From: an uncultured Nitrososphaeraceae archaeon
Lineage (GTDB): Archaea; Thermoproteota; Nitrososphaeria; Nitrososphaerales; Nitrososphaeraceae
Direction: 5' to 3'
DNA length: 32,435 nt
Assembly (NCBI GenBank): GCA_963825865.1
Contig: CAWGVG010000045.1
Coordinates: 1-32,435, forward strand
The notes under the pieces were generated by a model. The model was given only the letters and a program-made list of their open reading frames with translations. It was not told the origin of the DNA and searched no databases. Below, one piece after another: positions 19,818-30,637 of the stretch (position 1 is the first letter of the stretch; every line of letters starts with the position of its first letter). The position numbers and the translations under genes are program-made.

Positions 19818-20317
19818 TTATTTATTGACTACTTCGATTGTTCCTTTCATTGTATAGGGGTGATATGCACAATGATACGTGAACTGTACCTGTCATGTTT
19901 GGATTAAAAGATAATTGTCCTGAACCATCCGGAGCTATATCATCACTTGATGGAAGTACGTCTGCTCCTGTATCTATAATTAACTCATGTTTTGTATCTG
20001 TGGGGTTTTGAATCTTGATGATGTTGTTGGCATTTGTAAAAGCCTTTAACGTAGGGTTATCTGCTCCATTACTACCGTTTATCCATCTGTAGACTCCAGA
20101 TGTTACTTCCTTTACAGATAATTGAATTGCATTAGTCATGTTTTTGCTTGGAGAAGTAACATTAGTAGTAGCATTCTCCTTTCCTTGTGCAACTGCTGAT
20201 GGTACCAATTGCATATAGTGGTATCCAAACAAATTAGATGTCATGCCAAACAGCAATGCTGTTGCTGATGGGACCTGAGGCCAGTACAACAACATATAGA
20301 CAAGCCATTTTCTTCAT
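19818..20317 (-). CDS. Secreted cupredoxin-like (blue copper) protein, frameshifted
   Basis: Signal peptide, NPTL and HEL. In the shifted 3' frame, FTYHCAYHPYTMKGTIEV supplies Cys/His/Met type-1 Cu ligands. Confidence 0.75.
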
Positions 20318-20612
20318 TGTGTTTTTATGATATAACTTGGCTATAAGTTTAAAAATATATATTATCATTTTCCTAAATATATTACTGATTTCTGACTAGA
20401 ATTCTGTGATTCTTGCTCTATTCAAAAATCTCACAGAGCAAACTCAAAGGCTCAAGAAAGGTTTGATGCATAGATTATTGATGCCAAATTATCAAGACAA
20501 AATAAATTGGCTAAAAAGTAAATGGAAGTAGTTTAGTTTGAAGATAAATTAATAATCTTTGTGATTAGTTTTTATAATATGGATATTTTCTTAGAAGAAT
20601 CAGATTCTAAAC

Positions 20613-20786
20613 CTCAGGCTAGAGTTGGAATTCCCTCTACTGTACAAGACGTGCTTGGGTGTGTGCAGATAGTGTTTTCGGCTTCCTGGTTTACTACGGA
20701 ATCAAATCCACTTGCAAAACCCTTATTCTGGGCCTGCAGTACGCTATCTGTATTGTCATTTTCATTTCCATCTCCTCTAGGAAATG
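20613..20786 (-). pseudogene. C-terminal fragment of a small secreted-type hypothetical protein
   Basis: DGNENDNTDSVLQAQNKGFASGFDSVVNQEAENTICTHPSTSC*, with no start visible. Confidence 0.35.
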
Positions 20787-21194
20787 ACTGATTTCTCTAT
20801 AAATGAAATGAATAATATGCAGTTGCCAGTTTTCACGCTTTTATGGGATGAAAATCACAAGGTATATCGACTGAACCACAGTTTGTTAATGATATGCACA
20901 AGACTTTAGGATTGTCCAGAATATGTCACAAATAAATTTCAAAAGGTTCTTTGGTATGCTGTTTACTGTATTTATCATTATGATAGTAATTTTGTTTTTG
21001 TTAGTTTCAATATCTCAAAAAGCAAGTATAGCTACAACTATAATTCTAGTTGTTGTACCATTAGCTATTAGATATATTATTTACAGGTTCATTCACGTTT
21101 AAAAATGAATTATGCAACTAACTGCTTATCTTTTTTTATCTGCTACTGTTACCATGGTACAGCTTTACCATCACAACAGACTCTAGCAATACTC

Positions 21195-21420
21195 ATGCCA
21201 GATAAGAGACAGGCAAAGGTTTTAGGATCTGGTTCTGGATGGGAAGTATTAGAGCTGCTCAAAGAAAGTGGTGTTGAAGGAAGTACTGCTGATGAAATTT
21301 CTGAAAGACTCGATTTGCCAAAATCTACTGTTTATAATATATTAAGTGATCTTAGCTGCTGCTCGCTATGTTGATTCCAGAAGATACAAGAAACGCATTG
21401 GAAGAACTAACAAAAATATC
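21195..21420 (+). pseudogene. Winged-helix HTH transcriptional regulator fragment
   Basis: WEVLELLKESG...TADEISERLDLPKSTVYNILSDL, then a frameshift. Confidence 0.7.
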
Positions 21421-21514
21421 ACAATCTACAATATTTTTTATTTTTTGTATCCTTATAGGTACTGCAAGCATCTTTAGATAGTAGCAATGAAGAGGATAAA
21501 GAATCCACAGGTGC

Positions 21515-21766
21515 TTATCCTTGAAATAGTGGTTCAGGCGACACTCTCTGGTACAACAATTCCTGGTAATCGAAAATCGGTTTTTCTAACCCTTCTTTTG
21601 TTGGTAAGCCGATTATGGGATTAAAGCAGTATTTTATGTCTTCCAGCTTGTGCTCTTCTATGTTCCAGATCCAGAATGGTTTGTCCTGTAATTTGTCAAA
21701 ATATTGTGTTTGTTGTTGCTGTTGGTTGCTGCTGCTTATCCTCTTCTTCAGATCTCTGAAAGTCAT
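21515..21766 (-). pseudogene. N-terminal fragment of a terminase large subunit-like ATPase
   Basis: MTFRDLKKR...KPFWIWNIEEHK...CFNPIIGLP...KPIFDYQELL (adenine-binding Q-motif-like). It is truncated before Walker A. Confidence 0.55.
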
Positions 21767-21910
21767 TACTATGTTTCTTATCTACAGTAACAGCATTATC
21801 AACTTTATGTTTTTCTTTTTCTAATTCGGGTTCGATAGAGATATAGGATTTGTCTGATACAAACTTTATCGCATCATCAACTACTGTTGCATTAGTAAGT
21901 AAATCCTTGG
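21766..21910 (-). pseudogene. C-terminal fragment of the gene preceding the terminase-like gene (possibly small subunit-like)
   Basis: DLLTNATVVDDAIKFVSDK..., running directly into the MTFRDLKKR start. Confidence 0.4.
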
Positions 21911-21949
21911 TCTATCGAGATCTACTAAAACACAATTATTTCCTGAGGA

Positions 21950-22043
21950 CGAAAGGTTAATTGCGTAACAGTTCAAGTATTTTAGATTCTTGCGTTGATA
22001 CTTCTGCTAGACTAACTCTTTTCTTTAGGTCTTTGAATGTCAT
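21950..22043 (-). pseudogene. Second terminase-like N-terminal stub
   Basis: MTFKDLKKRVS...LELLRN*PF parallels MTFRDLKKRIS...FDKLQDKPF. Confidence 0.5.
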
Positions 22044-22085
22044 TATCACTACTATTACATTAATGCTAGCTTTAGATTTTACTTA

Positions 22086-22970
22086 GAGCCTATCTCAAAA
22101 ATGGCAGATAAGCATATAGCTTGAGAAGTTCTTTCTACATGGATGTGCCCTTATAGACAAATCAATAAAGATCTTCCAGCAATTAGAAAAATTCCTGATG
22201 ATTTATGGGATGAGATCAAACTATTACTTCCGCCAGAAAAATCAGATAAAACTATAGGACGTCCGGTTATTCCATTTAGAAAAGTTCTTGATGGTATTGT
22301 ATACATTTTAAGAACTGGCTGTCAATGGAAGATGTTACCGTAAGAGTATGGTTCTGGTTCGACGTGTCATAGACGATTTCAGGAATGGACAGACTCTAAA
22401 GTATTTCAAAAATTATGGGTAAGACTATTGAAAGTTTATGATGATCTTAGAGGTATTAGATGGACTTGGCAATCACTTGATAGTATATCTGTGAAGGCGC
22501 CTTTAGGGGGATTTGACAGGTGCAAATCCTACAGACAGAGGTAAAAGTGGAACAAAGAAGCGTCATGTACTTACGGATCAAAAGGGTATTCCATTATCTG
22601 TTAGCATCACAGGTGCAAATACACATGACATGAAAGCTGCAATAGATACGCTGGACACTACGATAGTTCAAAGACCATTTTATAAACAGAATCTATGCCT
22701 TGATAAAGGATATGATTTTCCAGAAATAGAGAAAGAGAAATCACCAAAAGGAGATACATTCCGCATATACGTCATAGAGGGCGAAGAACGGATTTATAGA
22801 GATAAGATATTATTCCGCAAAGAGATGGGTTGTAGAAAGAACAAATTCTTGGCATAATAGATTCAGAAAGTTGCTAGTAAGATATGAAAAGAAATCAGAG
22901 AACTATCTTACATTAGTATTCTTAGCTTGCTGTATTATTGTCTACAGGAGGACAATTTTGGGATAGGCTC
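22086..22970 (+). mobile_element. IS5-family element (IS427/IS1031-like), 885 bp, disrupted transposase
   Basis: IRs gagcctatctcaaaa (22086-22100) and ttttgggataggctc (22956-22970), 14/15 match, with TTA on both flanks. Motifs IPDDLW, ILRTGCQW, SLDS, TDRGK, HD, LDKGYD, RWVVER. In-frame TAA at 22341 plus frameshifts. Confidence 0.95.
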
Positions 22971-23354
22971 TTAATTAATTCTTGTCTTTTGTTAATCAAA
23001 TTTGGGTCATACAATTACCTCTTTGATACGTATAGACACATGTCATCCTCAAAGGTTATTTAACTTTCGTTGAAGTACCAGTTTCTTATCTGCAGCCTAT
23101 TTTCTCTCAATTGACTTCCAGTCATACATACGTACATCATCATCTCATTTAGAAACAAACCCGCTAATCCTAGTTATCGAATACAATGTGGATGTGAGTT
23201 GCTAGGCCATTGGCGTTGCCAGTTATACTCTTGCAAGCACTAACTGGCGTTATCAAGTTTACATCTCCTTCGCAGTGGACAATTCTAGGATGATTGCCAT
23301 AATTGTTATCAAGAATGACTTGTCGGCCACGCTATTCCGTATTTGATTCTCTTA

Positions 23355-23834
23355 CTATACTTTCTGCTTTGGACTTGTCTTCTGCACTACTTCATTGTTA
23401 ATAAACTCCTCAAATGCAGGGTCGAACCACTTCTCTAGTTCAAGGCCACCTTCCCAATATTCCCTTATCTTACCCTGCTCAAAACAAGTCCTCATCATGC
23501 GTAGCCATCCAGTCCATTCATTATCGCCTACTACTTTTCTTTGGCGCATATGATATATGTGTGCAAAGCTATGCAGTAGATGATACGTAAATGCTATTTC
23601 TTCTGATACATCTGACTCAACATTGCTGACTATCTTTATTAGCTGTGGCTTTTCAATTGCAATCTTGGTAAGGTCGTGGATTTTTTCATCCATATCACTT
23701 AGAACCTTTGTTTCTATATCAGTTGAAAGTTTTTGCATTTGCTTTCTTGAAAAATAAAATGACACAACAAACGTGGCAACTATCCCAACTGCTTCTCCCA
23801 TAACAAAATAGTCAACTAATCCAAGTTCCGCCAT
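23355..23834 (-). CDS. Hypothetical protein with an N-terminal membrane anchor
   Basis: Intact 159 aa ORF with a TM helix (YFVMGEAVGIVATFVVSFYF) and a helical domain (EWTGWLRMM...WFDPAF). Confidence 0.75.
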   Translation of the reverse strand: MAELGLVDYFVMGEAVGIVATFVVSFYFSRKQMQKLSTDIETKVLSDMDEKIHDLTKIAIEKPQLIKIVSNVESDVSEEIAFTYHLLHSFAHIYHMRQRKVVGDNEWTGWLRMMRTCFEQGKIREYWEGGLELEKWFDPAFEEFINNEVVQKTSPKQKV

Positions 23835-24190
23835 TCTTGAGGGATAGCTAGTAAGTTTCTAATAAGCTGCATGATGAGTAAATGGTTCTTTTCCAATAAT
23901 AATAGCAGATTGGCTTTCAGCGGCATTCAGATATAGAGAGAGCATAAACATGAATATCCTGCACAGTCTATATTTAAATATGAACTTTAGAGTGTTATTC
24001 TTAATTTGGCAGGATTAACTACAAAACGACTTGACGGGAAAATTGCTGTGATCACTGGGGGAACCAGTGGTATAGGCCTTGCCACGGCAAAGCGGTTCGT
24101 CGAAGAGGGCGCCTATGTTTTTATCAACGGTAGAAGCCAAAGCGAAGTCGATAAGACAGTAAACCAGATCGGTAAAAATATGACAGGTGT

Positions 24191-25300
24191 CGGGGTTGTT
24201 GCCTAATTTGATATCGCATATGGTGTCACCTTTATTCCCAGTTTGTTTGCACATTGTAGTCTGTTAAGGACTTCTAGGTTCCAGCCTATTGATTTGATCA
24301 ATCCAAATCTTTTCTGATTGTTCTTTAATCTGAATGTGCAGTAAAGCTGATGATGTTTAGTTTCTTCAGCTCCAAATATTCCTTCTATCAATCCTCTATA
24401 ACGATATATTGATGCATTGAATATCTTTGCAGCCTTCTTTCTGTATTTGTTCTTCTTACTACTGCTATTCTTGTTCTTGGAGTTTTTTCTCTGCTTGATA
24501 TTTGGAAGCATGTTCATGTTAAACACTGACTGGAAGTTCTTGTTGCCATCATAACCTCTGTCACCATTGAATGTTGAACCTGCAAAGTCTAATCTATATT
24601 TCTTCAATCTGTTTAGCATTGTTCGGAGTACTGGAGAATCGTGTGTTTTCTTACTGGTAAGTCGTGTATTAAGTATTATGAGATGATCAAGTATCCCTGT
24701 GATATGCCATTTCAGATACTGTTTTACCCTTATCTTTTCGAATTTCTTACTACTATTTTTGATAAATCGTACTTCGTATCCGTACCTGTTTGTCTCTACA
24801 CCGGTGCTATCTGATGCGAGAATACCCTTCTTCCAGCCTGATTCTTTCAAACATAGATAAGCTGACCATATTAGTACACGTTCAAGATATATCAGCGGTA
24901 TCTTCTTGAATGTACGTGATATCCACGTATGATCTGGATATGGCTCGTTATTCCATGGCAAATTAAGAGAGGGTACTATATTCTGTATATCTCTGTACGT
25001 TGAACCGAAAACAACCATCAATATACAAATACAGACAAGTTTTTCCCAAGAATGAATTGGTTTCCTTCCTCTATTACTGTTCTTCTTTGAAGTAGGAGGA
25101 GGATTTTCTTTGACCAGAGAAACTATATTTTCGATAAGCATATCTCGTTCTAGGGTATGTGCTAGATGGTAACACAACCAGTAACCATCTTTCCTCTTGT
25201 GCTTGCAAGTCAATAAGAGGGTGCATACCCTTTCTAAGCTAAATCGAAAACCGTGAAATCATATTTACAGTCAATTAAAACGAATTAGGCAACAACCCCG
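24191..25300 (-). mobile_element. Insertion sequence of about 1.1 kb with an IS5-like DDE transposase
   Basis: Perfect 18-bp IRs cggggttgttgcctaatt (24191-24208) and aattaggcaacaaccccg (25283-25300). No flanking direct repeat. Confidence 0.9.
24203..25213 (-). CDS. DDE transposase (DDE_Tnp_1, IS5-like), intact, 336 aa
   Basis: [36 protein letters not shown]. The stop codon lies inside the IR. Confidence 0.9.
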   Translation of the reverse strand: MTCKHKRKDGYWLCYHLAHTLERDMLIENIVSLVKENPPPTSKKNSNRGRKPIHSWEKLVCICILMVVFGSTYRDIQNIVPSLNLPWNNEPYPDHTWISRTFKKIPLIYLERVLIWSAYLCLKESGWKKGILASDSTGVETNRYGYEVRFIKNSSKKFEKIRVKQYLKWHITGILDHLIILNTRLTSKKTHDSPVLRTMLNRLKKYRLDFAGSTFNGDRGYDGNKNFQSVFNMNMLPNIKQRKNSKNKNSSSKKNKYRKKAAKIFNASIYRYRGLIEGIFGAEETKHHQLYCTFRLKNNQKRFGLIKSIGWNLEVLNRLQCANKLGIKVTPYAISN

Positions 25301-25699
25301 GATGGAGGGTCGATCATTCTGACTGGTTCGGCTGGTGGATCCAAAGGATTGGGCACATTCAGTGTTTATAGCGCGACTAAGGCTCCTATAAGGTCATTCG
25401 CACGTTCCTGGGCGGTCGATCTGAAAACCGCAAGATCCGCGTCAACGCTATCAGCCCTGGCCCGATAGACACACTTGCGTTTCGCCAAAACCCCCACGAA
25501 CAAGTCGAGAAGAACCTCCCAAACGTTGTACCGCTCGGAAGGTTGGGCACCCCTGACGAAGTCGCGAAAGCTGTCTCATTTCTTGCATCAGATGACAGCA
25601 GTTATATCACTGGTATTGAACTATCCGTAGATGGAGGCATGACACAAGTCTAGACAGTATCTTTCTATCGAGCCTATTCTGAATAGTAAATGAAGATCG

Positions 25700-25899
25700 T
25701 CATGTTGCGTTACTGTCAGCATTAGAGAATTTCAGAAAAGGATTGTATGATCTCTTAATCTTAGATATCAAGATGCCAAAAATGAATGGCTTTGAACTAT
25801 ACAGAGAAATAAAAAAGATAGACGATAAAGTAAAGGTATGTTTTCTAACAGCTGGCGAAATGTACTATGGAGCATATGCAGATATATTTAATGAGGTAG
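25700..25899 (+). pseudogene. Response-regulator receiver domain fragment
   Basis: ALENFRKGLYDLLILDIKMPKMNGFEL...VCFLTA. It lacks the N-terminal acidic pocket and the C-terminal KP. Confidence 0.85.
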
Positions 25900-26358
25900 A
25901 TTCTTGGATGGGATCCATCAGTTATATATGCAAAGGATAAAGAGATAATTGACCCGAATGGACTAGAGATCTTAGAAAACACTGAGAAGCTTCGTAATGT
26001 AGCAGTCTGCACTCTATGCTCGTGTTATCCTAGGGAATATCTGGGAGAACCGCCATTGTGGTACATAAGTAAGGAATACAAAAATAGGATCATTAATGAA
26101 CCTAGAAAGTATTTAGCCGATTATGGATTGAAATTAAACGATGATGTTGAGATTAGGGTATATGATATCACTGCAGATATACATTATATGGTACTGCCCA
26201 TGAAACCGAAAGGTACGGAAAACCTTTCAGAAGAAGAATTATCCATGTTAGTAACTAGAGATAGCCTACTTGGTGTGGGAGATCCTCTTCCTCCAGATCG
26301 ACTACCTGATCTTAAGAAAGCTATCATGGAGAAGGGAAATCTCTTATCATATCCCTAA
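25900..26358 (+). pseudogene. Nitrile hydratase alpha / thiocyanate hydrolase gamma family subunit (Co-type motif), 5'-truncated
   Basis: In frame upstream of the track ORF: LEILENTEKLRNVAVCTLCSCYPREYLGEPPLWY (CTLCSC at 26008-26025). It continues EPRKYL, IRVYD, YMVLPMKP, EEELSMLVTRDSLLGV. An in-frame TAG lies at 25897-25899. Confidence 0.9.
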
Positions 26359-26525
26359 TCCCTTATAGCTCGATGTGTAATTTGAAAGGAAATTTCCTAT
26401 GTAGGTGAGTCTGCGGAACTTCCACATCCAAGTAGCTTTTAATTGCATATTTCTTCATTGTCTAGCCATAGGGAACTGTTCTAATTAAATAGTGCGTTCA
26501 TTTTGATAGTGCTCCTCTCTTTGTT

Positions 26526-27040
26526 TTATTGACTAGAAGAACTTCCACTCATTATTTGCCCGCGGATTTCGCCATTTTGGTTTTGTTGTGTATGGACATT
26601 GACATATGCTCCGCCATTCTTCATAAGATCTGCTAAATCTGATATTTGTTTACCGGCCAATGGACCTTTAAGGTCAGAAGATGTAATCTTTCCTTTTCCC
26701 ATTGATAATGGAGCTACAGGCTGTCCGTTTTCTCCTGCTTTACCTTGGTGGATATGAGCCATCATAAAGCCATTCAGATTTGTAGTAGTTAGGTCATAGT
26801 TTATCTCCTTCCCATCAGAGCTTAACTGGAATGTGCCATACCTGTTGCTTGAGTGTTTACAGCTGGTACTTCGTCTTTTCCCGTTAGTTTAGCCGTAAAA
26901 GCTTGCTGTGCATAAGCTGTTATAGGTTGTTGTGTTGTGATGATGGCCATGCTACTACCCAACAATGATGCAAATACCAAAGATGATACAATAGCAAGAA
27001 CTTTTAGTCTCGTCATTTTTGTTGTTGTGTCAGTCATCAA
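26526..27040 (-). CDS. Secreted CHRD domain protein, one frameshift near 26825-26835
   Basis: Signal peptide, FTAKLTGKDEVPAVNTQATG, MAHIHQGKAGENG and YVNVHTQQNQNGEIRGQI. Confidence 0.9.
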
Positions 27041-27269
27041 TATTCATGAGGTAAAACATATGTTTTATAACAGCAGCTTCGAGATTTCTGAAGGTTCCAT
27101 ACAGATTGGATTCCGCTCTGTAGAGTGCCGCTTGAACCTTTTTTCAATATACTGCAAGAGAAAGCAAAAGTGGTAATTAACAATAAAAAACTAGGACGTT
27201 AATGTAGCAGCAGAGCGGCAGTATATTAGTTACGTGTTGTTGTTGTAGTCGTTTTTCTTTTTAACTAAG

Positions 27270-28611
27270 CTGACTGTTTGCGTTTTTCCGAATAAAGCAT
27301 GTCTATCTCTTTTTACAAACTGGTTCAATGCATATGATAATATCAAGCTGTAAGAAAGTGATGTTTTTTTACTGTGTATGGTTCTGGTTGTACCCCTTCC
27401 TGAACGTCTTGGTCATATCCTGGGTAAGTTCAGAGATGTTTTATCGAAGTCTCAATTTGAGAATTTTCAGAGCGTGATGTTTGGGTTGATTGTATCCCAT
27501 TGTAAAGAACATGATGTGAAGAGTATAAGGGATGCTATATCTGAGACGAAGTGTCAGAGGAGCATTAATAGATTCTTTACTTCTCCATCATGGAGCTTGG
27601 ATAACATTATGAAACGTGCAGAAGACATAGTGTTCTCCAACTTGTGTTATGATGAGAACTTGGAATTTGTGGTTATTGATGATAGTATATGTAAGAAATA
27701 TGGTACACATTCAGAGATGGTATGCTACAATCACTCCACTACACTTGGCACTGTACTCAGCCATGACTATGTTACAGCTTTTTACTTATCTGGTGATATC
27801 TACATGCCTTCTTCTATAATTCTGCTATATGGTAACAAGAAAAGATGTGAGGAGAAAAGTATACCATTCAAGACAAAGGTTGAACTCTGCAACGAAATTA
27901 TAGATAAGCATAGATCAAGGGCGAAGAAGACTATAGTATTGATAGATTCATGGTATACAGTACATGAAGTAATATCATATTGCAGAAAGCACGGTTATGG
28001 CTGGATTGGAGATATGAAGTCTAACAGGGTAATTATATACGAGGGTAAAAAGATGCATGCATCTGATCTCATAGATATTCTCAGGGAAAGAGGAAGATTC
28101 ACTGACACAATCATAGACGGCGAGATTTACAACGCTGTAAAGTTAAAGGTGTACATACCATCACTAAAAGAAAATATCAACATTATAATCAATGTTAGAG
28201 CAGAAACAAAAGATATCCGTATACTGTGTACAGAACTTGAAAAAGAAGACACAGTTACAATTATCAGATATGCCTTGAAAAGGATGAAAATAGAAAACTT
28301 TTACAGGGATACAAAGCAGTTAGGATTTGGAGAGTATAGATTCAGAAAGAGCGAAGCGGCGCTTATACACGCGCACCTAGTCTTTCTGGCTTATATTCTC
28401 CTAGAAATTCTCAGGCACAGACTGCTTTCGTACAGGATAGCAAAGACAATGCCATCAATTGAGTTTGTCATAACATGGGTCAGAAAGAAAACAAAACAAC
28501 GGTTCGTTCGTTACATATGTGACAAATTCAAACAGGGAACGCCAATACGTTCACTGCTTCTTGCTACTGGTAAGATGGACACAGTTCATGTGTAAAAACG
28601 CAAACAGTCAG
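27270..28611 (+). mobile_element. IS701-like element, 1342 bp, apparently intact
   Basis: Perfect 18-bp IRs ctgactgtttgcgttttt (27270-27287) and aaaaacgcaaacagtcag (28594-28611). 5-bp TSD ctaag at 27265-27269 and 28612-28616. Confidence 0.95.
27378..28595 (+). CDS. IS701-family DDE transposase, 405 aa
   Basis: SINRFF..PSW, VIDDS..KKYG, IDSWY, KSNR, RMKIENFYRDTKQLG. Confidence 0.9.
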   Translation: MVLVVPLPERLGHILGKFRDVLSKSQFENFQSVMFGLIVSHCKEHDVKSIRDAISETKCQRSINRFFTSPSWSLDNIMKRAEDIVFSNLCYDENLEFVVIDDSICKKYGTHSEMVCYNHSTTLGTVLSHDYVTAFYLSGDIYMPSSIILLYGNKKRCEEKSIPFKTKVELCNEIIDKHRSRAKKTIVLIDSWYTVHEVISYCRKHGYGWIGDMKSNRVIIYEGKKMHASDLIDILRERGRFTDTIIDGEIYNAVKLKVYIPSLKENINIIINVRAETKDIRILCTELEKEDTVTIIRYALKRMKIENFYRDTKQLGFGEYRFRKSEAALIHAHLVFLAYILLEILRHRLLSYRIAKTMPSIEFVITWVRKKTKQRFVRYICDKFKQGTPIRSLLLATGKMDTVHV

Positions 28612-28616
28612 CTAAG

Positions 28617-29840
28617 TTAAAGAAGCACGATATCTTCAAAGATAGCAATAATAGCATAAGTTCATCTGCGGTAGCATCTAATACTACATCCAAAATAATA
28701 CTCCAAAGTGTAGTCCGGATAATAACAAATTAGACTATTATTTAATTAGCAATAGTTCATCTAAGCCGGCAAAAGTAGTTCTTTCCGACGAACAGGTTGA
28801 AAAATCAGTTCACTATCTTATCCCCTACTATAGTGAAGGTACAAGGAACAAATTTTCATTTGGATTTAGTGGTCTGGCATACAAGGAAAGTATTTCCAAA
28901 GAATCTGCAGCCAAGGTATTAGAAAATATCTGCATTGGAGCAAAGAGATCTGAAAAAGATGCTAGAATTGACACATTACACCGTACTTATATCAATGGTA
29001 AAGAGAATGGTCAGGATAGTATTACAGGTATGACCAAATTGAAAGAGGTAATTATTCATGTATCTAATTGTGATGAAAAGCAGCAGAAAATATTATTGAA
29101 CGTTTACTAAGGATTTGGCATGGAAATGAAGTTGATGAAAAAATTATGCGTGACAGCAATAATAAAAATAACAATAATGACAATAAAACGCGATCTGACT
29201 CAGATAAAGTATCTCTAGCGCGATGAATTGACATTAATTGGTATTAACAATCCTGCCGAGTATGCAATTAGTGTAATAAACAAAACTGTCGGGTCTGACT
29301 ACAGTCTAGTAAGAGTTGGTATTTTATGCTGGATGTAGGACTTGGACTTTTGATCCTATTAATATTGGGATATCTGCCCCAACGAGTGAAGGTAAAACAT
29401 ATACAGTATTGCAAACATTGCAGTACTTTCCTTCTAAAGATGTGAAAAATATTGGCTCAATGTCACCCAAAGTTATCATAAGACAAGATAGCACTTTAGT
29501 TGACGGCAATACTCTAAAACCAATTCAAGGTGACATTCGTGCACTCAAAAAGCAGATTTTTAGTGAAACAGATAAAAAACAAAAACGGAAACTAGAGAAA
29601 CAACTTGAAGATTTAAAGGACAACGCACGTCCATTAATTGATCTTAGAGACAAGATCTATGTATTTTTGGAACCACCTCATCCTGACCTATGGAAGATTA
29701 TAAAACCAATAATGTCGCATGACAGTTTCATTATAGAACACCCGTACGTGGAATCAAATACTTTACAAGGAATTCACGTAAGATCTGATCATAACCTTGG
29801 GCTTTCCAGCTTTTATCTTTTTGCACTGCGCAAGGATTAA
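28617..29840 (+). pseudogene. Mobile-element replication protein remnant: PriCT-like helical domain plus P-loop ATPase/helicase
   Basis: An ATG-less frame reads LSDEQVEK...PYYSEGTRNKFSFGFSG...SAAKVLENIC...RIDTLHRTY. After frameshifts come INIGISAPTSEGKTY (Walker A-like) and YVFLEPP (Walker B-like). It is truncated at both ends. Confidence 0.65.
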
Positions 29841-30637
29841 TCACAGGAGCCAGGATTATACTGATTCCTATATGTCACCGGATGATAATACTGAAGTGAA
29901 TGCAGAGCTGGGTAACAGTAGACGAACTGAAAAACTTTACAATAAAGTAGTAAAAAAGTGTATAAACAAAGTTATTATTATTATTGACCATCCTCTTAGC
30001 AAACCATCATCATTACCATTACTGCCACTATCTAATGAACAACAAGAGAACACGAAATATAAGTCTAAATAGCAGTCAATTTACAGACTCATACACATAA
30101 GTCCTATATTTATCAAATCAAAAATAGGTATAAGGGAGCTAAGGATCAAATAATAGCAACTCATGGTTCATTGTCATTATTGCAGACTATTTACTTCTGT
30201 GCCTAGGTGTTTGACATATTATTGTCATTTAGTTTCAACTGCCGTCGTCGGGTAAACAGTGTATAGCTGCGATTGTTGTGATAGTAGTAATAATCAAAAA
30301 CAAATTGAACCGGTAGCTCCCACCTGTTTCTATCTTATGAATTTCCTATCGTCACGAAGGTTAGAGGTTAAGACCCGTTCAAATATATTGTTGTCGATGA
30401 GAGACTTCCAGGAACCTGGGGAAAAGCAAAAGTGGAAAGACACAGGAGATGTCAATCGTTTACTCCAGAGCAAAGGATTGCAATACTGAAACAAGTCGGG
30501 CGCTACATTGCTGACCCTCCAAAGCCACACAAAGACATAACACTGAAAAATTAAGCAGATATGTTGAACCTCAGCTTCAAAAACACAATGAGGAACTAAA
30601 TCTCTCAGTTAATAATAACAATGTTCCCGAAAACGGC

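Larger units (their letters stand above)
24006..25653 (+). pseudogene. SDR oxidoreductase interrupted by an IS and missing its central part
   Basis: The 5' part [16 protein letters not shown]...MTGV ends at 24190. The 3' part from 25301 reads DGGSIILTGS...YSATK (YxxxK)...[12 protein letters not shown]...PLGRLG...VDGG*. Confidence 0.9.

Noticed and set aside
30259-30560. Short ORFs, including a frame with H...RRC resembling the 30638 Zn-finger ORF
   Set aside because: The similarity is too short and interrupted by stops to call a paralog.
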